Of a DNA stretch of 64,000 nt, positions 24,661 to 37,147 are shown piece by piece. The stretch comes from Octopus vulgaris. Taxonomy: Eukaryota. The notes beneath the pieces are model-generated. The model was not told the origin of the DNA. It saw nothing but the letters and a program-made list of their open reading frames with translations, and did no database searches. A program made the position numbers and the translations under genes. Location: positions 6,324,001 through 6,388,000 of the forward strand of contig OX597833.1 in NCBI GenBank assembly GCA_951406725.2. Direction: 5' to 3'. Each line of letters opens with the position of its first letter. Within the stretch, counting starts at the first letter, position 1.

Positions 24661-26699
24661 GGTGGTGGCAAGCTGGCATAATTGTTAGCACGCTGGGCAG
24701 AAATGCTTGGCGGCATTTTGTCAGTTCAATTTTGCCTTTCATCCTTTCAGGGTTGATAAAATAAGTACCAACTGAGCCCCAGGGGGTCAGGTAATGGACT
24801 TACACTTCCCTCCACCACCAACTCTTGCTGGCCTTGAGCCAAAATTTGGAACCAATTTAAATCTATTCAGTTTCAATCGGTCCTTTGTCTCCATCGTCTT
24901 TATCACTAAAATGTTTGGTATTTTAAAACCTTTTTTGTTTGCTTTAAAGTACACCAGTCTCCTTATCCAGTCTGCTTAGTTCCGTCATATATCGTGACAT
25001 CTGTCTTTTAACTATCCTGTGAGGTACCAAGTGTTGTTTCAGTCTAGTATTACCACTTAACGTCACAATTCCAAAAATGTATAACTTCCTGGATGTGAAA
25101 GAATTTTGGAGGAAACGTGTGTAAAGTAGGTTCTATGACACTCCGCCCTCTCTCAATTTAAGAGTCAACCAGTTCCTGTTAGGAATGGTTTTGTTGTGTT
25201 AGTTAACTAACAACTTTGCCAACCACTGAGAGTAATTAATTAATTAAGGCTGTGAATCGGTAGAGTTATTAGAGCACAGAGTCTGAATAAATATCTTGAA
25301 GGATACTGTCTAACACTCATGAGTTCAAATCCTGCCAAGGCCCACTTTGTGCCTTTCATTTTTTCAAGGGTTAAAAAGAAAGAAAGAAAAAACATCCCAC
25401 TTCAGGATGGTGTAAAACATCAGCCCAGATGCCTTGTGGTATTCATTCTGACACTGTGCATTCTGAGTTCAAATCCTGCCATAGTCTATTTGGGTGATGG
25501 ACTTAATCCTTCACCCAGTTTAATATCACCACCAGGCTCCTAATCACCTTTAGTGGGGGGAGGCCACTATGTTGCAAACATCTAGGCTGGATTTTCTGTA
25601 TTGGGATACTTTCCCCACTCCTTTCCTTCAGCCTCGGGCCCTATGAAGTTTTATGGGCCCTGCCCTTCACTTTCAGTTAAAAGACGCAAAAAAAAAACAA
25701 GTAATGTGACTCACCTAACAGACGTGGTTCTGGGGTTAGGAAGATTACTTCATAAGCATGTGGTCCTGGGTTCAATACCTTGGTAGATGGGGACTGGGAA
25801 AAGTCCATCACAGATATATATATATATATGTACTCTTTTCCTTGTTTCAGTCACTTGACTACGACCATGCTGGAGCACCGCCTTTAGTTGAACAAATCAA
25901 CCCCAGAACTTATTCTTTGTAAGCTTAGTACTTATTCCATTGGTGTCTTTTGCCGAACTGCTAAGTTACGGGGATGTAAACACACCAACGTCGGTTGTCA
26001 AGCGATGGTGGAGGGACACAAACACAAACATGGTTAAAAGATACAACAAAAAAAAAATAAAAAACAAGTAACAAGACTCACCTAACAAATACTCTCTCTC
26101 TCTTTTACTCTCTTTTACTTGTTTCAGTCATTTGACTGCGGCCATGCTGGAGCACCGCCTTTAGGCGAGCAACTCGACCCCAGCACTTATTCTTTGTAAG
26201 CCCAGTACTTATTCTATCGGCTTCTTTTGCTGAACCGCTAAGTGACAGGGACGTAAACACACCAGCATCGGTTGTCAAGCAATGCTAGGGGGACAAACAC
26301 AGATACACAAACATATACACACCCACATACATATATATACACATATATACGACAGGCCTCTTTCAGTTTCCGTCTACCAAATCCACTCACAAGGCATTGG
26401 TCGGCCCGGGGCTATAGCAGAAGACACTTGCCCAAGATGCCACGCAGTGGGACTGAACCCGGTACCATGTGGTTGGTTAGCAAGCTACTTACCACACAGC
26501 CACTCCTGCGACAAATATATTGATACAGCAGGTTTCTTTCGGTTTCCGTCTACCAAATCCATTCACAAGGCTTGGGTGGGTTAAGGGTTATAGTAGAAGA
26601 CACTTGCTCATGGTGCCACACAGTGGGACTGAACCCGGAACCATATGGTTGGGAAGCAAGCTTCTTACCACACAGCCACGCCTATATACACATACATGT

Positions 26700-28225
26700 A
26701 TATATATGTGAATGTGTGTGTGTGTACGAGTGTGCAACAGAGATGACAAGTATGAGTGTGTGCATGCGTGTGTATGAATGTGTGAGTGCGTTTGTGTGCA
26801 TGTGTACTCGTGTGTGAGCGCGTATGTGCATGTAAATGAGCATGAGTAAGTGTTCATGCATGTGTGTGCATGCATGTGTGTGTGTGTGTATGAGTGTGTG
26901 CATGCATGTGTGTGTGTGTGTGTATGAGTGTGTGAGCGCGTATGTGCATGTAAATGAGCATGAGTAAGTGTTCATGCATGTGTGTGTGTGTGTATGAGTG
27001 TGTGCATGCATGTGTGTGCGTGTGTGTATTAGTGTGTGCATGCATGTGTGTGTGTGTGTGTATGTATGAGTGTGTGCATGCATGTGTGTGCATGTGTGTA
27101 TTAGTGTGTGCATGCATGTGTGTGTGTGTGTGTATTAGTGTGTGCATGCATGTGTGTGTGTGTGTGTATTAGTGTGTGCATGCATGTGTGTGCGTGTGTG
27201 TATTAGTGTGTGCATGCATGTGTGTGCGTGTGTGTATGAGTGTGTGCATGCATGTGTGTGTGTGTGTGTATGAGTGTGTGCATGCATGTGTGTGTGTGTG
27301 TGTGTGTGTGTATTAGTGTGTGCATGCATGTGTGTGTGTGTGTGTGTATTAGTGTGTGCATGCATGTGTGTGTGTGTGTGTATGAGTGTGTGCATGCATG
27401 TGTGTGTGTGTGTGTATTAGTGTGTGCATGCATGTGTGTGTGTGTGTGTGTATTAGTGTGTGCATGCATGTGTGTGTGTGTGTGTATGAGTGTGTGCATG
27501 CATGTGTGTGTGTGTGTATTAGTGTGTGCATGCATGTGTGTGTGCGTGTATGTATTAGTGTGTGCATGCATGTGTGTGTGCGTGTGTGTATTAGTGTGTG
27601 CATGCATGTGTGTGTGTGTGTGTGTATGAGTGTGTGCATGCATGTGTGTGTGTGTGTATTAGTGTGTGCATGCATGTGTGTGTGTGTGTGTGTATTAGTG
27701 TGTGCATGCATGTGTGTGTGTGTGTGTATTAGTGTGTGCATGCATGTGTGTGTGTGTGTATGAGTGTGTGCATGCATGTGTGTGCGTGTGTGTATTAGTG
27801 TGTGCATGCATGTGTGTGCGTGTGTGTATTAGTGTGTGCATGCATGTGTGTGTGCGTGTGTGTATTAGTGTGTGCATGCATGTGTGTGTGTGTGTGTATG
27901 AGTGTGTGCATGCATGTGTGTGTGTGTATTAGTGTGTGCATGCATGTGTGTGTGTGTGTGTGTATTAGTGTGTGCATGCATGTGTGTGTGTGTGTGTATG
28001 AGTGTGTGCATGCATGTGTGTGTGTGTGTGTATTAGTGTGTGCATGCATGTGTGTGTGTGTGTATTAGTGTGTGCATGCATGTGTGTGTGTGTGTGTGTA
28101 TGAGTGTGTGCATGCATGTGTGTGTGTGTGTGTGTATTAGTGTGTGCATGCATGTGTGTGTGTGTGTGTGTATTAGTGTGTGCATGCATGTGTGTGTGTG
28201 TGTATGAGTGTGTGCAAGCATGTGT
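26700..28225. repeat. 1.5-kb compound satellite TAT(T/G)AGTGTGTGCATGCA(TG)n
   Basis: Roughly 40 units of about 28-38 bp with variable TG length. Confidence 0.95.
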
Positions 28226-29238
28226 GAATGTCTTGACATCATACACTAATTGTAAACAAACGTCACTCTCACACAAGTGGTATTGTTCCTTCACAAAGTT
28301 CCATGAAAACATGTCCGGCCACTGAGCAGCTTGTGGTCAATGAAGTGTGTGAGAGTGTGTGGTGGAGAATTACCTTACCTGGAAACAAGGTGAGGGTTAA
28401 ACAACAGGAAGTGAATCTGCCCATAGAAAATCTGCATCAATAAATTTCATCATTAATATGATGACGGCAGCAAGCTGACAGAATTGTTAGCATGACAGAC
28501 AAGACAAAACGCTGAGCAGCATTTTGTGGGTCTTTATGTTCCAAGTTCAAATTCCACTGAGGTCGACTTTACTTTTCATCCTTTTGGGGGTCAATAAAAC
28601 CAAGTACTTGTTGAACACTGGGAGTGATGTCATCAACTGGCGCCCTTCCCTGCAAATGCTGGCCTTGTGCTAAAAGTTGAAATCAATATGATGACGATGG
28701 GGATGATTGTTTCTTCCATGGTAGTCATGGCAAATAAGGCGGTGAGCTGCCAGAATCGTTAGCACGCCGGGTGAAATGCGTAGCCGTATTTCGTCTGCCG
28801 TTACGTTCTGAGTTCAAATTCCGGCAAGGTTGACTTTGCCTTTCATCCTTTCGGGGTCGCTAAATTAAGTACCAGTTATGCACTGGGGTCGATGTAATCA
28901 ACTTAATCCGTTTGTCTGTCCTTGTTTGTTCTCTCTGTGTTTAGCCCCTAGTGGGTAGTAAAGAAATAGGTAGTCATGGCAACTGATCTTTCCATTCCTG
29001 ATACTCTTCGTCAGTCATAAATGTTACACTTCCTTATTCTTGGACTCCCTGGTAACAGGAAGCAGAATTCGAACCGAAAACACACAGAACTGGAATAGAC
29101 ACCACAAAGCATCAAGTCCGACACTCTACCATTTTTACTAATCCACCATCCTGGACTAGTTACTAGATTTTATCGACCCCTGATAGAATAAATAACAATG
29201 TTGATCTTGGCAGAATTTGAACCCAGAATACAGAAAGG

Positions 29239-29545
29239 TAGAGGCGCAATGACTCAGTGGTTAGGGCAGTGGACTCACAGTTAGGGGATCGTGGTTTTGA
29301 TTCCCAGACCGGGCGTTGTGTGTGTTTATTGAGCGAAAACACCTAAAGTTCCACGAGGCTCTGGCAGGGGGTGGTGGCGACCCCTGTTGTACTCTTTCGC
29401 CCCAACTTTCTCTCACTCTTTCTTCCTGTTTCTTGAGTAACACTGTGATGGACTGGCGTCCCTTCCAGCTGGGGGGAACACATATGCTACAGAAACCGGG
29501 CCCATGAGCCTAGCTAGGCTTGAAAAGGGGCGCATAAATAAAAAT
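29239..29545 (+). mobile_element. SINE family D, tail type 3 (second copy at about 35165-35480 on -)
   Basis: Same head; tail contains GATGGACTGGCGTCCC...CTACAGAAACCGG. Confidence 0.85.
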
Positions 29546-31098
29546 GCAGAAAGTCACAACAAATACTGCATGGTTCTTTGGCCAAATGTCTTCTTTCGTA
29601 AAACTTGGTTCCATCAATGTCTTGTATGTAGAATTAGTATTTGGAAATTATATAGAAGTCCATTGTCATCATCATCATCATCATCATTTAGTGTCTGCTT
29701 TCCATGCTGGCATGGGTTGGACGGTTTGACAGAAGCTGGCCAGCTGGCTCCAATTATCTGTTTTGGGATGGTTTCTCCAGCTGGATGTCTTTCCTAATGC
29801 CAGCCACTTACAGAGTTTCCTGGGTGCTTTTTACATGGTGCATATGTGTGTGTGTGTGTTGTGTGCGTATCCTTGAAAATGTTCACATTTTGTGACTTCA
29901 TACAAAAAATCTTGAGCAGAAAAAAAAAAAAAGCAACTTTTTGACATTCCTTGCAAATGAATTGTCCTGCAGCTCAGCACTTTGGCAGACAAGTGGAATC
30001 ATAAAACCGTCCGTTGCATGAGAAACAACTAAGGTTTAGTGACTGGAAGAGCATCCAGCTGTGCAATAATGTCTCAACATACATTTGTCTAACTCATGCC
30101 AGCATGGAAAAAAAAAAGTGAAAAAGAAAAAAATGAATGTAGAATGAATCATCATCATTTAACGTCCATTTTCCATGCTGGCATGGGTTGGACAAACCAG
30201 AGACCTGCATCAGGCTCCAATTGTCCATTTTAGTATCGTTTCTACAGCTGGATGCCCTTCCTAATGCCAACCACTTTACAGAGTGAACCAAGACTACCAG
30301 GTCCTCCTGATGTGGCACCTTTTTACATGGTTCCTTTTATGTGGCGCCAATGAAAGATATTGTCTAAAATTCTGCTAATTCAATGTGGACTGTCCTGTAG
30401 TGGTCAGTGTTAACAACCAGTACATAACTAACACCTAACATGAAGCGTCATTTCTGCTACAGTCAACATTTTACTGTGGGCCGTCCAATAGGGTTAATGT
30501 CCTGTATTGTGGTGGTCAGTGTTAATAACTTGTACAAAACACCAACAAATTTGGGACATACCGTTTCCACTAAGGTCAAGTTTACTGTCGACTGGACAGA
30601 AGGGGTCAGAATCTTTTGTTTTGTTTTGTTTTACTCATTTCAGTCATGAAACTGCGGTCATGCTGGGGCATTTCCTTCAGGAATTTTAGTCAAATGAATT
30701 AACCTCAGTACTAACTTTGCTTTAAGCCTGATACTTATTCTATCGGTTTCTTTTGCTGAACCTCTGAGTCATGGGGATGTAAACACACCGACACTGGTTG
30801 TTAAGCAGTGGTACAGGACAAACAAACACTCATATATATGTACAATGGGCTTCTTTCAGTTTCCATCTACCAAACCCACTCACACAGCTTTGGTTGGCCC
30901 AAGGCTATAGAAGAAGACACTAGCCAAAGGTGCCACACAGTGGGACTGAACCCAGAACCGCGTGGTTGAGAAGCAAACTTCTTACCACACAGGAGACACA
31001 CTGCTTCTGCTGTAGCCTGTACCATAATGGTCAGTGTTAATATCCTGTACAGCAACACCTAACATAACGATACAAGCTTTTCCAGTGATGGTCAGCAG

Positions 31099-31104
31099 TT
31101 TATT
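31099..31104 (-). terminator. Candidate GPR89 polyadenylation signal
   Basis: AATAAA on the minus strand about 420 nt after the stop codon. Confidence 0.55.
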
Positions 31105-31523
31105 GCGGACAATACAAAAGAGACGGAACAGGAAATGTCCCTTGTTTCAAGTAACAACGATCAGAGATGAAGAGAAAAGATTTTTATACAAATGACTTTT
31201 AACAAGGAATGGACATGGGTCGGTCCAAGAGAATTCATGCACCGTTAATGGTGATGGTTGATGCAGCATCGGAAGAAGCGGAGGAGGAAACAGACTTTTA
31301 ATTTCTAAATAAAAACAGCCTTGAATATTTACATAACAAAACAGGGATAAAAGGGCGCAGGAAATTGGGAAGGGCGAGCATGTGATGTTAGACGTTTGTC
31401 AAATGCTAAGGGAAACAACTCAATGTCTGTAGCATCTGAAAGAAAGAAAATATAGGAATCTTTCTTGTGTTAAAAAAAAAAAAAAGGTGAGATGTTGTTT
31501 TTAAATAGTTTATGAACGAAAAA

Positions 31524-31668
31524 TCATAAAAGGTTCTTTTCTGGTGCCTGTTGGTGAGCAATGTAGAGAAAACCAATACTGGACAGGGCACTCACTAGAA
31601 AGATAAATTCGAACCAGCGATGATAAAAACTGAACTGTAATTCTCCAAGAACTTGCGTTATAATTGAT
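31524..31668 (-). CDS. GPR89: GPR89 exon 15, terminal (SIITQVLGELQFSFYHRWFEFIFLVSALSSIGFLYIAHQQAPEKNLL stop)
   Basis: TTTCAG acceptor, FYHRWF motif, TGA; summed CDS is 1374 nt = 457 aa plus stop. Confidence 0.96.
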
Positions 31669-31884
31669 CTGAAATTAAAGAAACGGAAACTAAATTATAA
31701 AAACAATCATTTCTAAAATCTGACATAAAAAGGGTGGAGGGTGGTGGGGCCAGAGTTGATTATAGTTACCCCAGTACATGACTGGTATCTAATAATTTCA
31801 GACAACAATTGATCTCGGTAGAATTTGAACACAGAACAGAGAGAACTAAGCAGGATTCTAATCCTCCCACTTTACTAATCTGGC

Positions 31885-32030
31885 TACCCCTAATTCACAG
31901 ATCTGATTACTTTACCCATCTGGGTACCCCTAATTCACAGATCTGATTACTTTACTCATCTGGGTACCCCTAATTCACAGATCTGATCACTTTACTCATT
32001 TGGCTAACCTTAATTCAGGGATCTGATTAC
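31885..32030. repeat. 40-bp tandem repeat, about 4 copies
   Basis: CCCTAATTCACAGATCTGATTACTTTAC unit repeated. Confidence 0.85.
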
Positions 32031-32965
32031 TCCCACTTTACAGACTTTGTTTCTCTCACATTTCTCTTCTTGCCAATCCCACATTCCTAATAAGGAACAA
32101 AAAAAGAAAATCTTCTACAATAGGCACAAAGTCTAAAATTTCAAGGGAAGAGGGCGCTAGTCAGTTGCATCAGCCCCAGTTACTTGACTGGTATATATTC
32201 TATTGGCACCGGAAGGAAGGAAGGTAAAGCCAACCTTGGTGGAATCTAAACTCAGAACTTCAAGGCAGACAAAACGCTGCTAAGCATTTTCTCTGGTGTG
32301 TTAACGACCCTGCCAGCTTGATTACCTTAATAAACAATGAAATAATAATAACACTATAAATACAACAAACATCAAACAGAGACTAGAATAAGATGGATGA
32401 CCAAAAGGTTTCCTTAAAACGTGGAGTGAATGTCACTTCCCTTCTCAGCAACATTGCTACAACTTAAAAGTCATGAAGAATCCACTAAGAAACAATTATC
32501 ATCATCATCATCATTTAACGTCTGTTTTCCATGCTGGCATGGGTTGGAAAATTTAACAGGAGCTAGTAAAGCCGGCAGCCATACCAGGCTATTGTTTTGA
32601 CACAATTTCTATGGCTGGATGCCCTTCCTAATGCCAACCACTTCACATCGTACTGGGTGCTTTATACATGGCACCAGTACTGGCGCCTTTCATGTGGTAC
32701 CAGCACCAGTGCTTTTGGCATGGTATCAGGATTGGTGCTATGTGGCACCAGCATTGGAGCTATGTGGCACCAGCATTGGTGCTTTCTATGTGGCACCAAC
32801 ACCAACAGGGTGACCAAGTTTATTGCAATACAAAAACCGCTTCAGCTGGGAGTTCCCTATGCAAGTTCCCATGCTTGCAGAACCAACATTTGCAAACAGA
32901 GCAAAGAGAAGTTAACCTCAAAGGATCAAAAGGAAAGAATAAAGTCTGCTTTCCCAAGAACTTAC

Positions 32966-33024
32966 CGATATTCTACTGGCATATTCATTCTCATTAGAAG
33001 CACTGAAGACACAAAATACATTCC
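32966..33024 (-). CDS. GPR89: GPR89 exon 14 (GMYFVSSVLLMRMNMPVEYR)
   Basis: TTCTAG/GTAAGT, 59 nt, GMYFVSSVLL motif. Confidence 0.95.
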
Positions 33025-33364
33025 CTAGAATGAAGCAAAACATACAACATCATTATGAAATTATTGAAAAGAGTGGTAGTCCGTATATTATTTGGGCTGT
33101 CTTTGTAGTTGTATAGCTTCAAAGACATTCCACTCATGACCATTTAGTCATTTTTTGCAAAACTACTTTTATTTACGACTACATCATCTAAGGTGTATTT
33201 TGTACATCTTTTGTACGATGTTGGGATGTGATTTGAGTGGGAATTGGCTGCTATTTCTAGCAAGCTTAGTAGACATTTGAGTGCTCTCTTGTTGGTTTGT
33301 ACATTCTGTCACATTAAGTCAGTCTCCAAAGATATTAAGAGATTAAAAACAAAATAAAACAAAT

Positions 33365-33770
33365 AGGCGCAGGAGTGGCTGTGTGGTAAGTAGCTTGCTT
33401 CCCAACCACATGGTTCCGGGTTCAGTCCAACTGCGTGGCACCTTGGGCAAGTGTCTTCTACTATATAGCCTTGGGCCGACCAAAGTCTTGTGAGTGGGTT
33501 TGGTAGACGGAAACTGAAAGAAGCCCGTCGTATATATGTATATATATGTGTATGTGTTTGTGTGTGTCGGTGTTTGTCCCCCTAGCATTGCTTGACAACC
33601 GATGCTGGTGTGTTTATGTCCCCGTTACTTAGCGGTTCGGTAAAAGAGACCAATAGAATAAGTACTGGAATTAGAAAAGAATAAGTCCTGGGGTCGATTT
33701 GCTCGACTAAAGGCGGTGCTCCAGCATGGCCGCAGTCAAATGACTGAAACAAGTAAAAGAGTAAAAGAGT
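33365..33770 (+). mobile_element. SINE family B (GGCGCAGGAGTGGCTGTGTGGTAAG...GAAACAAGTAAAAGAGT), full length
   Basis: tRNA-like head, internal (TA/TG)n, (GTAAAAGA)n tail. Other copies near 2968, 8095, 15078, 16718, 23165, 25830-26680, 30630, 38628 and 46835. Confidence 0.9.
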
Positions 33771-33989
33771 AAACCCTACCAGCTGCCACAAGTCATGGGT
33801 GTGAGCACGCATTTGTGGTTAAGAAATCCGGTTCCCCAACCAGATGGTTTCAGGTTCAATTATGTCCCAGACAAGCAAGCGTCTTGTACTGAATAGCAGG
33901 GCTGACAAGGGCTTGGGAGTGGATTTGGTAAACAGAAACTGAACGAAAAGCCTGCTGGTGGTGGTTGTGTGTGTGTGTGATGGGTCTAC

Positions 33990-34378
33990 ACTTTTTACTC
34001 TTTTACTTGTTTCAGTCATTTTGACTGTGGCCATGCTGGAGCACCGCCTGTAGTTGAGCAAATTAACCCCAGGACTTATTCTTTGTAAGCCTAGTACTTA
34101 TTCTATCGGTCTCTTTTGCCGGCAATGTAAACACACCAGCATCGGTTGTCAAGCTATGTTGGGGTGACAAACACAGACACACAAACGTATACACACACAC
34201 ATATATATATACATATATATGACGGGCTTCTTTCAGTTTCCATCTACCAAATCCACTCACAAGGCTTTGGTCGGCCCAAGGCTATAGTAGAAGACACTTG
34301 CCCAAGGTACCACGTAGTAGGAATGAACCCGGAACCATATGGTTGGTAAGCAAGCTACTTACCGCACAGCCACTCCTA
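33990..34378 (-). mobile_element. SINE family B, inverted relative to the 33365 copy
   Basis: Reverse-complement match along most of its length. Confidence 0.88.
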
Positions 34379-34468
34379 TGACTATATAATGTGAGTTGAA
34401 AACTGTTGTGAGTGTATGCATGTGTGGGTGTGTATGTGTGTATAAAGACAACATGAAAACGGACTTAC

Positions 34469-34534
34469 CATTATTTGAGCCAAACACAGGACTATTATAT
34501 TGGAAGACTTGCTGCTGGCAATCGCATAGAAAAA
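34469..34534 (-). CDS. GPR89: GPR89 exon 13 (FFYAIASSKSSNIIVLCLAQIM)
   Basis: GTACAG/GTAAGT, 66 nt, SSKSSN and AQIM motifs. Confidence 0.96.
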
Positions 34535-35753
34535 CTGTACAAGAGAAGCAAGAACAACAAGAATAACAACAACAATAATAAGAAGAATAATAATCCTTTC
34601 TACTCTAGGCACATGGCCCCAAATTTTAGAGACAGTGTTACTCAATTACCTCACCCCTGTACGTAACTGGTATTAATTTTATCAATCCTGAAAGGATGGA
34701 CAAAGAGGGCAAAGATGGACAAATTGCCACTAAGCATTTTGTCTTGTATACTAAGAATTCTGCCAGCATGGCACATTTGGAAAGGTTTCTGATGTCGGCA
34801 CAAGGCCAGCAATTTTGAGGTAAAGGGTGGGAGTTGGGGCGAATCAGTTACATCAACACCCCAGTATTTGACTGGTATTATATTTAATTGCCCTCAGAAC
34901 AATGAAAAAACAAAATTGACGCTAGCAGGATTTGAACTCAGAACGTAAATTGCTGGAACAAATACCCAAAGGCATTGCGGTGTGGTTAAATATACCCACA
35001 AATACAGGTACAGGTTGACAGTAAGAATTAGGAAAAGGTACTTGTGTTTGGTACATCAGAGTATTCTAGAGTCATATGTATGTGGTACCCAAAATCCTTT
35101 GACTTTCTTTTGTGGACCCAACGCTTGTGTCAGTCTACCATCCTAACAATAATCATTTATCATTTAATTTTTTTATGTGCCCTTTTCAAGCCTAGCCTAT
35201 CTCATGGGCCCGGTTTCCCAGTTTCTATGGTGTATGAGTTCCCCCCAGCTGGACGGGATGCCAGGCCATTGCAGTGTTACTCAAGAAACAGGAAGAGAGA
35301 GTGAGAGAAAGTTGAGGTAAAAGAGTACAAGAGGGGTCGCCACCATCCCCTGCCGGAGCCTTGTGGAGCTTTTAGGTGTCTTCGCTCAATAAACAAACAC
35401 AACGCCCGTTCTGGGAATCGAAACCGTGATCCTCCGACCACGAGTCCGCTGCCCTAACCACTGGGCCATTGCACCTCCACAACAATAATCATAGTAATTT
35501 ATTTTATTTGTGACAAGGGCCCAAAATGCTGGGCAAACAGAAGGAGTCAAAATACAATAGTGTTGGGGTTTTACATCAAGTAAAATGGTGAAATCAATAA
35601 TAAAAAATAATGGAAGGTAAAAAAAAGTCAAAAAATGAAGTCAAACACAAGGGGATTTGGGGTACTCTAAACAAAACCTTAGATTATGCTGACAGGGTGG
35701 CCCAAAAGCAGGTTTACAGTAATTCAACTATCTCTTACGCATTCATATATTAA

Positions 35754-35943
35754 CCCTTTCGTTACTGTATTTATTTTGAGATGCTCCAAATTTCTTTCAA
35801 TTACTTTAAATATAACAAAGAATTTAGTAAAATAACTTCATTATCATTAAGCTAGTGTTAGGAACATAAATTGCGACTTATGGAAACAAGACATTTGTAC
35901 TACCGAGCCAGAGGCAGTTTCAGGTGGGTTAGTAATGAAAGGG
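35754..35943. mobile_element. piggyBac-like MITE
   Basis: TTAA-CCCTTTCGTTAC...GTAATGAAAGGG-TTAA. Confidence 0.8.
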
Positions 35944-36288
35944 TTAACAGTTTAGGTCTTAATTATAAAAATATATGAAAACATTATTCTATGCTAATTT
36001 TAATTAATTTTGTCAAGCTCCCTTTTCAGTTTGTAAGATAGAAATTTAAATGTCATAAAATGTTTTAAAAGAAAATATAAAGTATCTATGTGATAACTGT
36101 GAACCTACTTTTGGGTTACCCTGTATATATATATATGTGTGTGTATACATGCATATACACACATGAAGAGAGAAAGGGAGAGAGAGAGAGAGGGGGGGGC
36201 AACATAACTATAACCAGAGAGACATTTTCTGTAGCATCAATGATGCCATCAAACACTCCAGCCACGATACACACACACACATTTTATG

Positions 36289-36338
<50 letters not shown>

Positions 36339-36444
36339 TGTGTGAGTAATGGCTTCCTAGAAAACAACCCATTCATTTGATGAATCATCAATAAAGAATC
36401 CTATTGATTAGTTGAAGTGATTGACTCAGCTGATGTGAAACAGG

Positions 36445-36475
<31 letters not shown>

Positions 36476-36517
36476 GGGACAAAGGCTGGGCTTGAACACA
36501 CCCTGACAACAACTTAC

Positions 36518-36607
36518 CCTGGTGAGTGTGATTAGGAGTCCTCTGATGGATGTGATGATAATTATTCCAATGAGCCAAAACGATATTTGCTGAGACCAGA
36601 ATTTTAC
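36518..36607 (-). CDS. GPR89: GPR89 exon 12 (VKFWSQQISFWLIGIIIITSIRGLLITLTR)
   Basis: TTGCAG/GTAAGT, 90 nt, TSIRGLLITLT motif. Confidence 0.97.
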
Positions 36608-36671
36608 CTGCAAACAACAACAACAACAACACCAATTACATTTGCAGTTTTAAGAATTTCCTCAACCAATA

Positions 36672-37147
36672 ATACCTATTTCTTTACTACCCACGAGGGG
36701 CTAAACACAGAGGAGACAAACATGGACAGACAGACAGATTAAGTCGATTATATCGACCCCAGTGCGTAACTGGTACTTAATTTATCGACACCGAAAGGCA
36801 AAGTCGACCTCGGCGGAATTTGAACTCAGAACGTAACGGCAAACGAAATACCGCTGAGCATTTCGCCCGGCGTGCTAACGTTTCTGCCAGCTCGCCGCCT
36901 ATATAATCATACCTATTTCTTTACTACCCACAAGGGGCTAAACACAGAGGAGACAAACATGGACAGACAGACAGATTAAGTCGATTATATCGACCCCAGT
37001 GCGTAACTGGTACTTAATTTATCGACCCCCGAAAGGATGAAAGGCAAAGTCGACCTCAGCGGAATTTGAACTCAGAACGTAACAGCAGACGAAATACCGC
37101 TAAGCATTTCGCCTGGCATGCTAACGTTTCTGCCAGCTCGCTGCCTT
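36672..37147 (-). mobile_element. Tandem dimer of SINE family A
   Basis: Two consecutive copies of about 235 bp; AACCAATAATA flanks the pair. Confidence 0.88.

Noticed and set aside
26572-28325. Many His/Thr- and Cys/Val-rich ORFs
   Set aside because: Translations of the (TG)n-based satellite.
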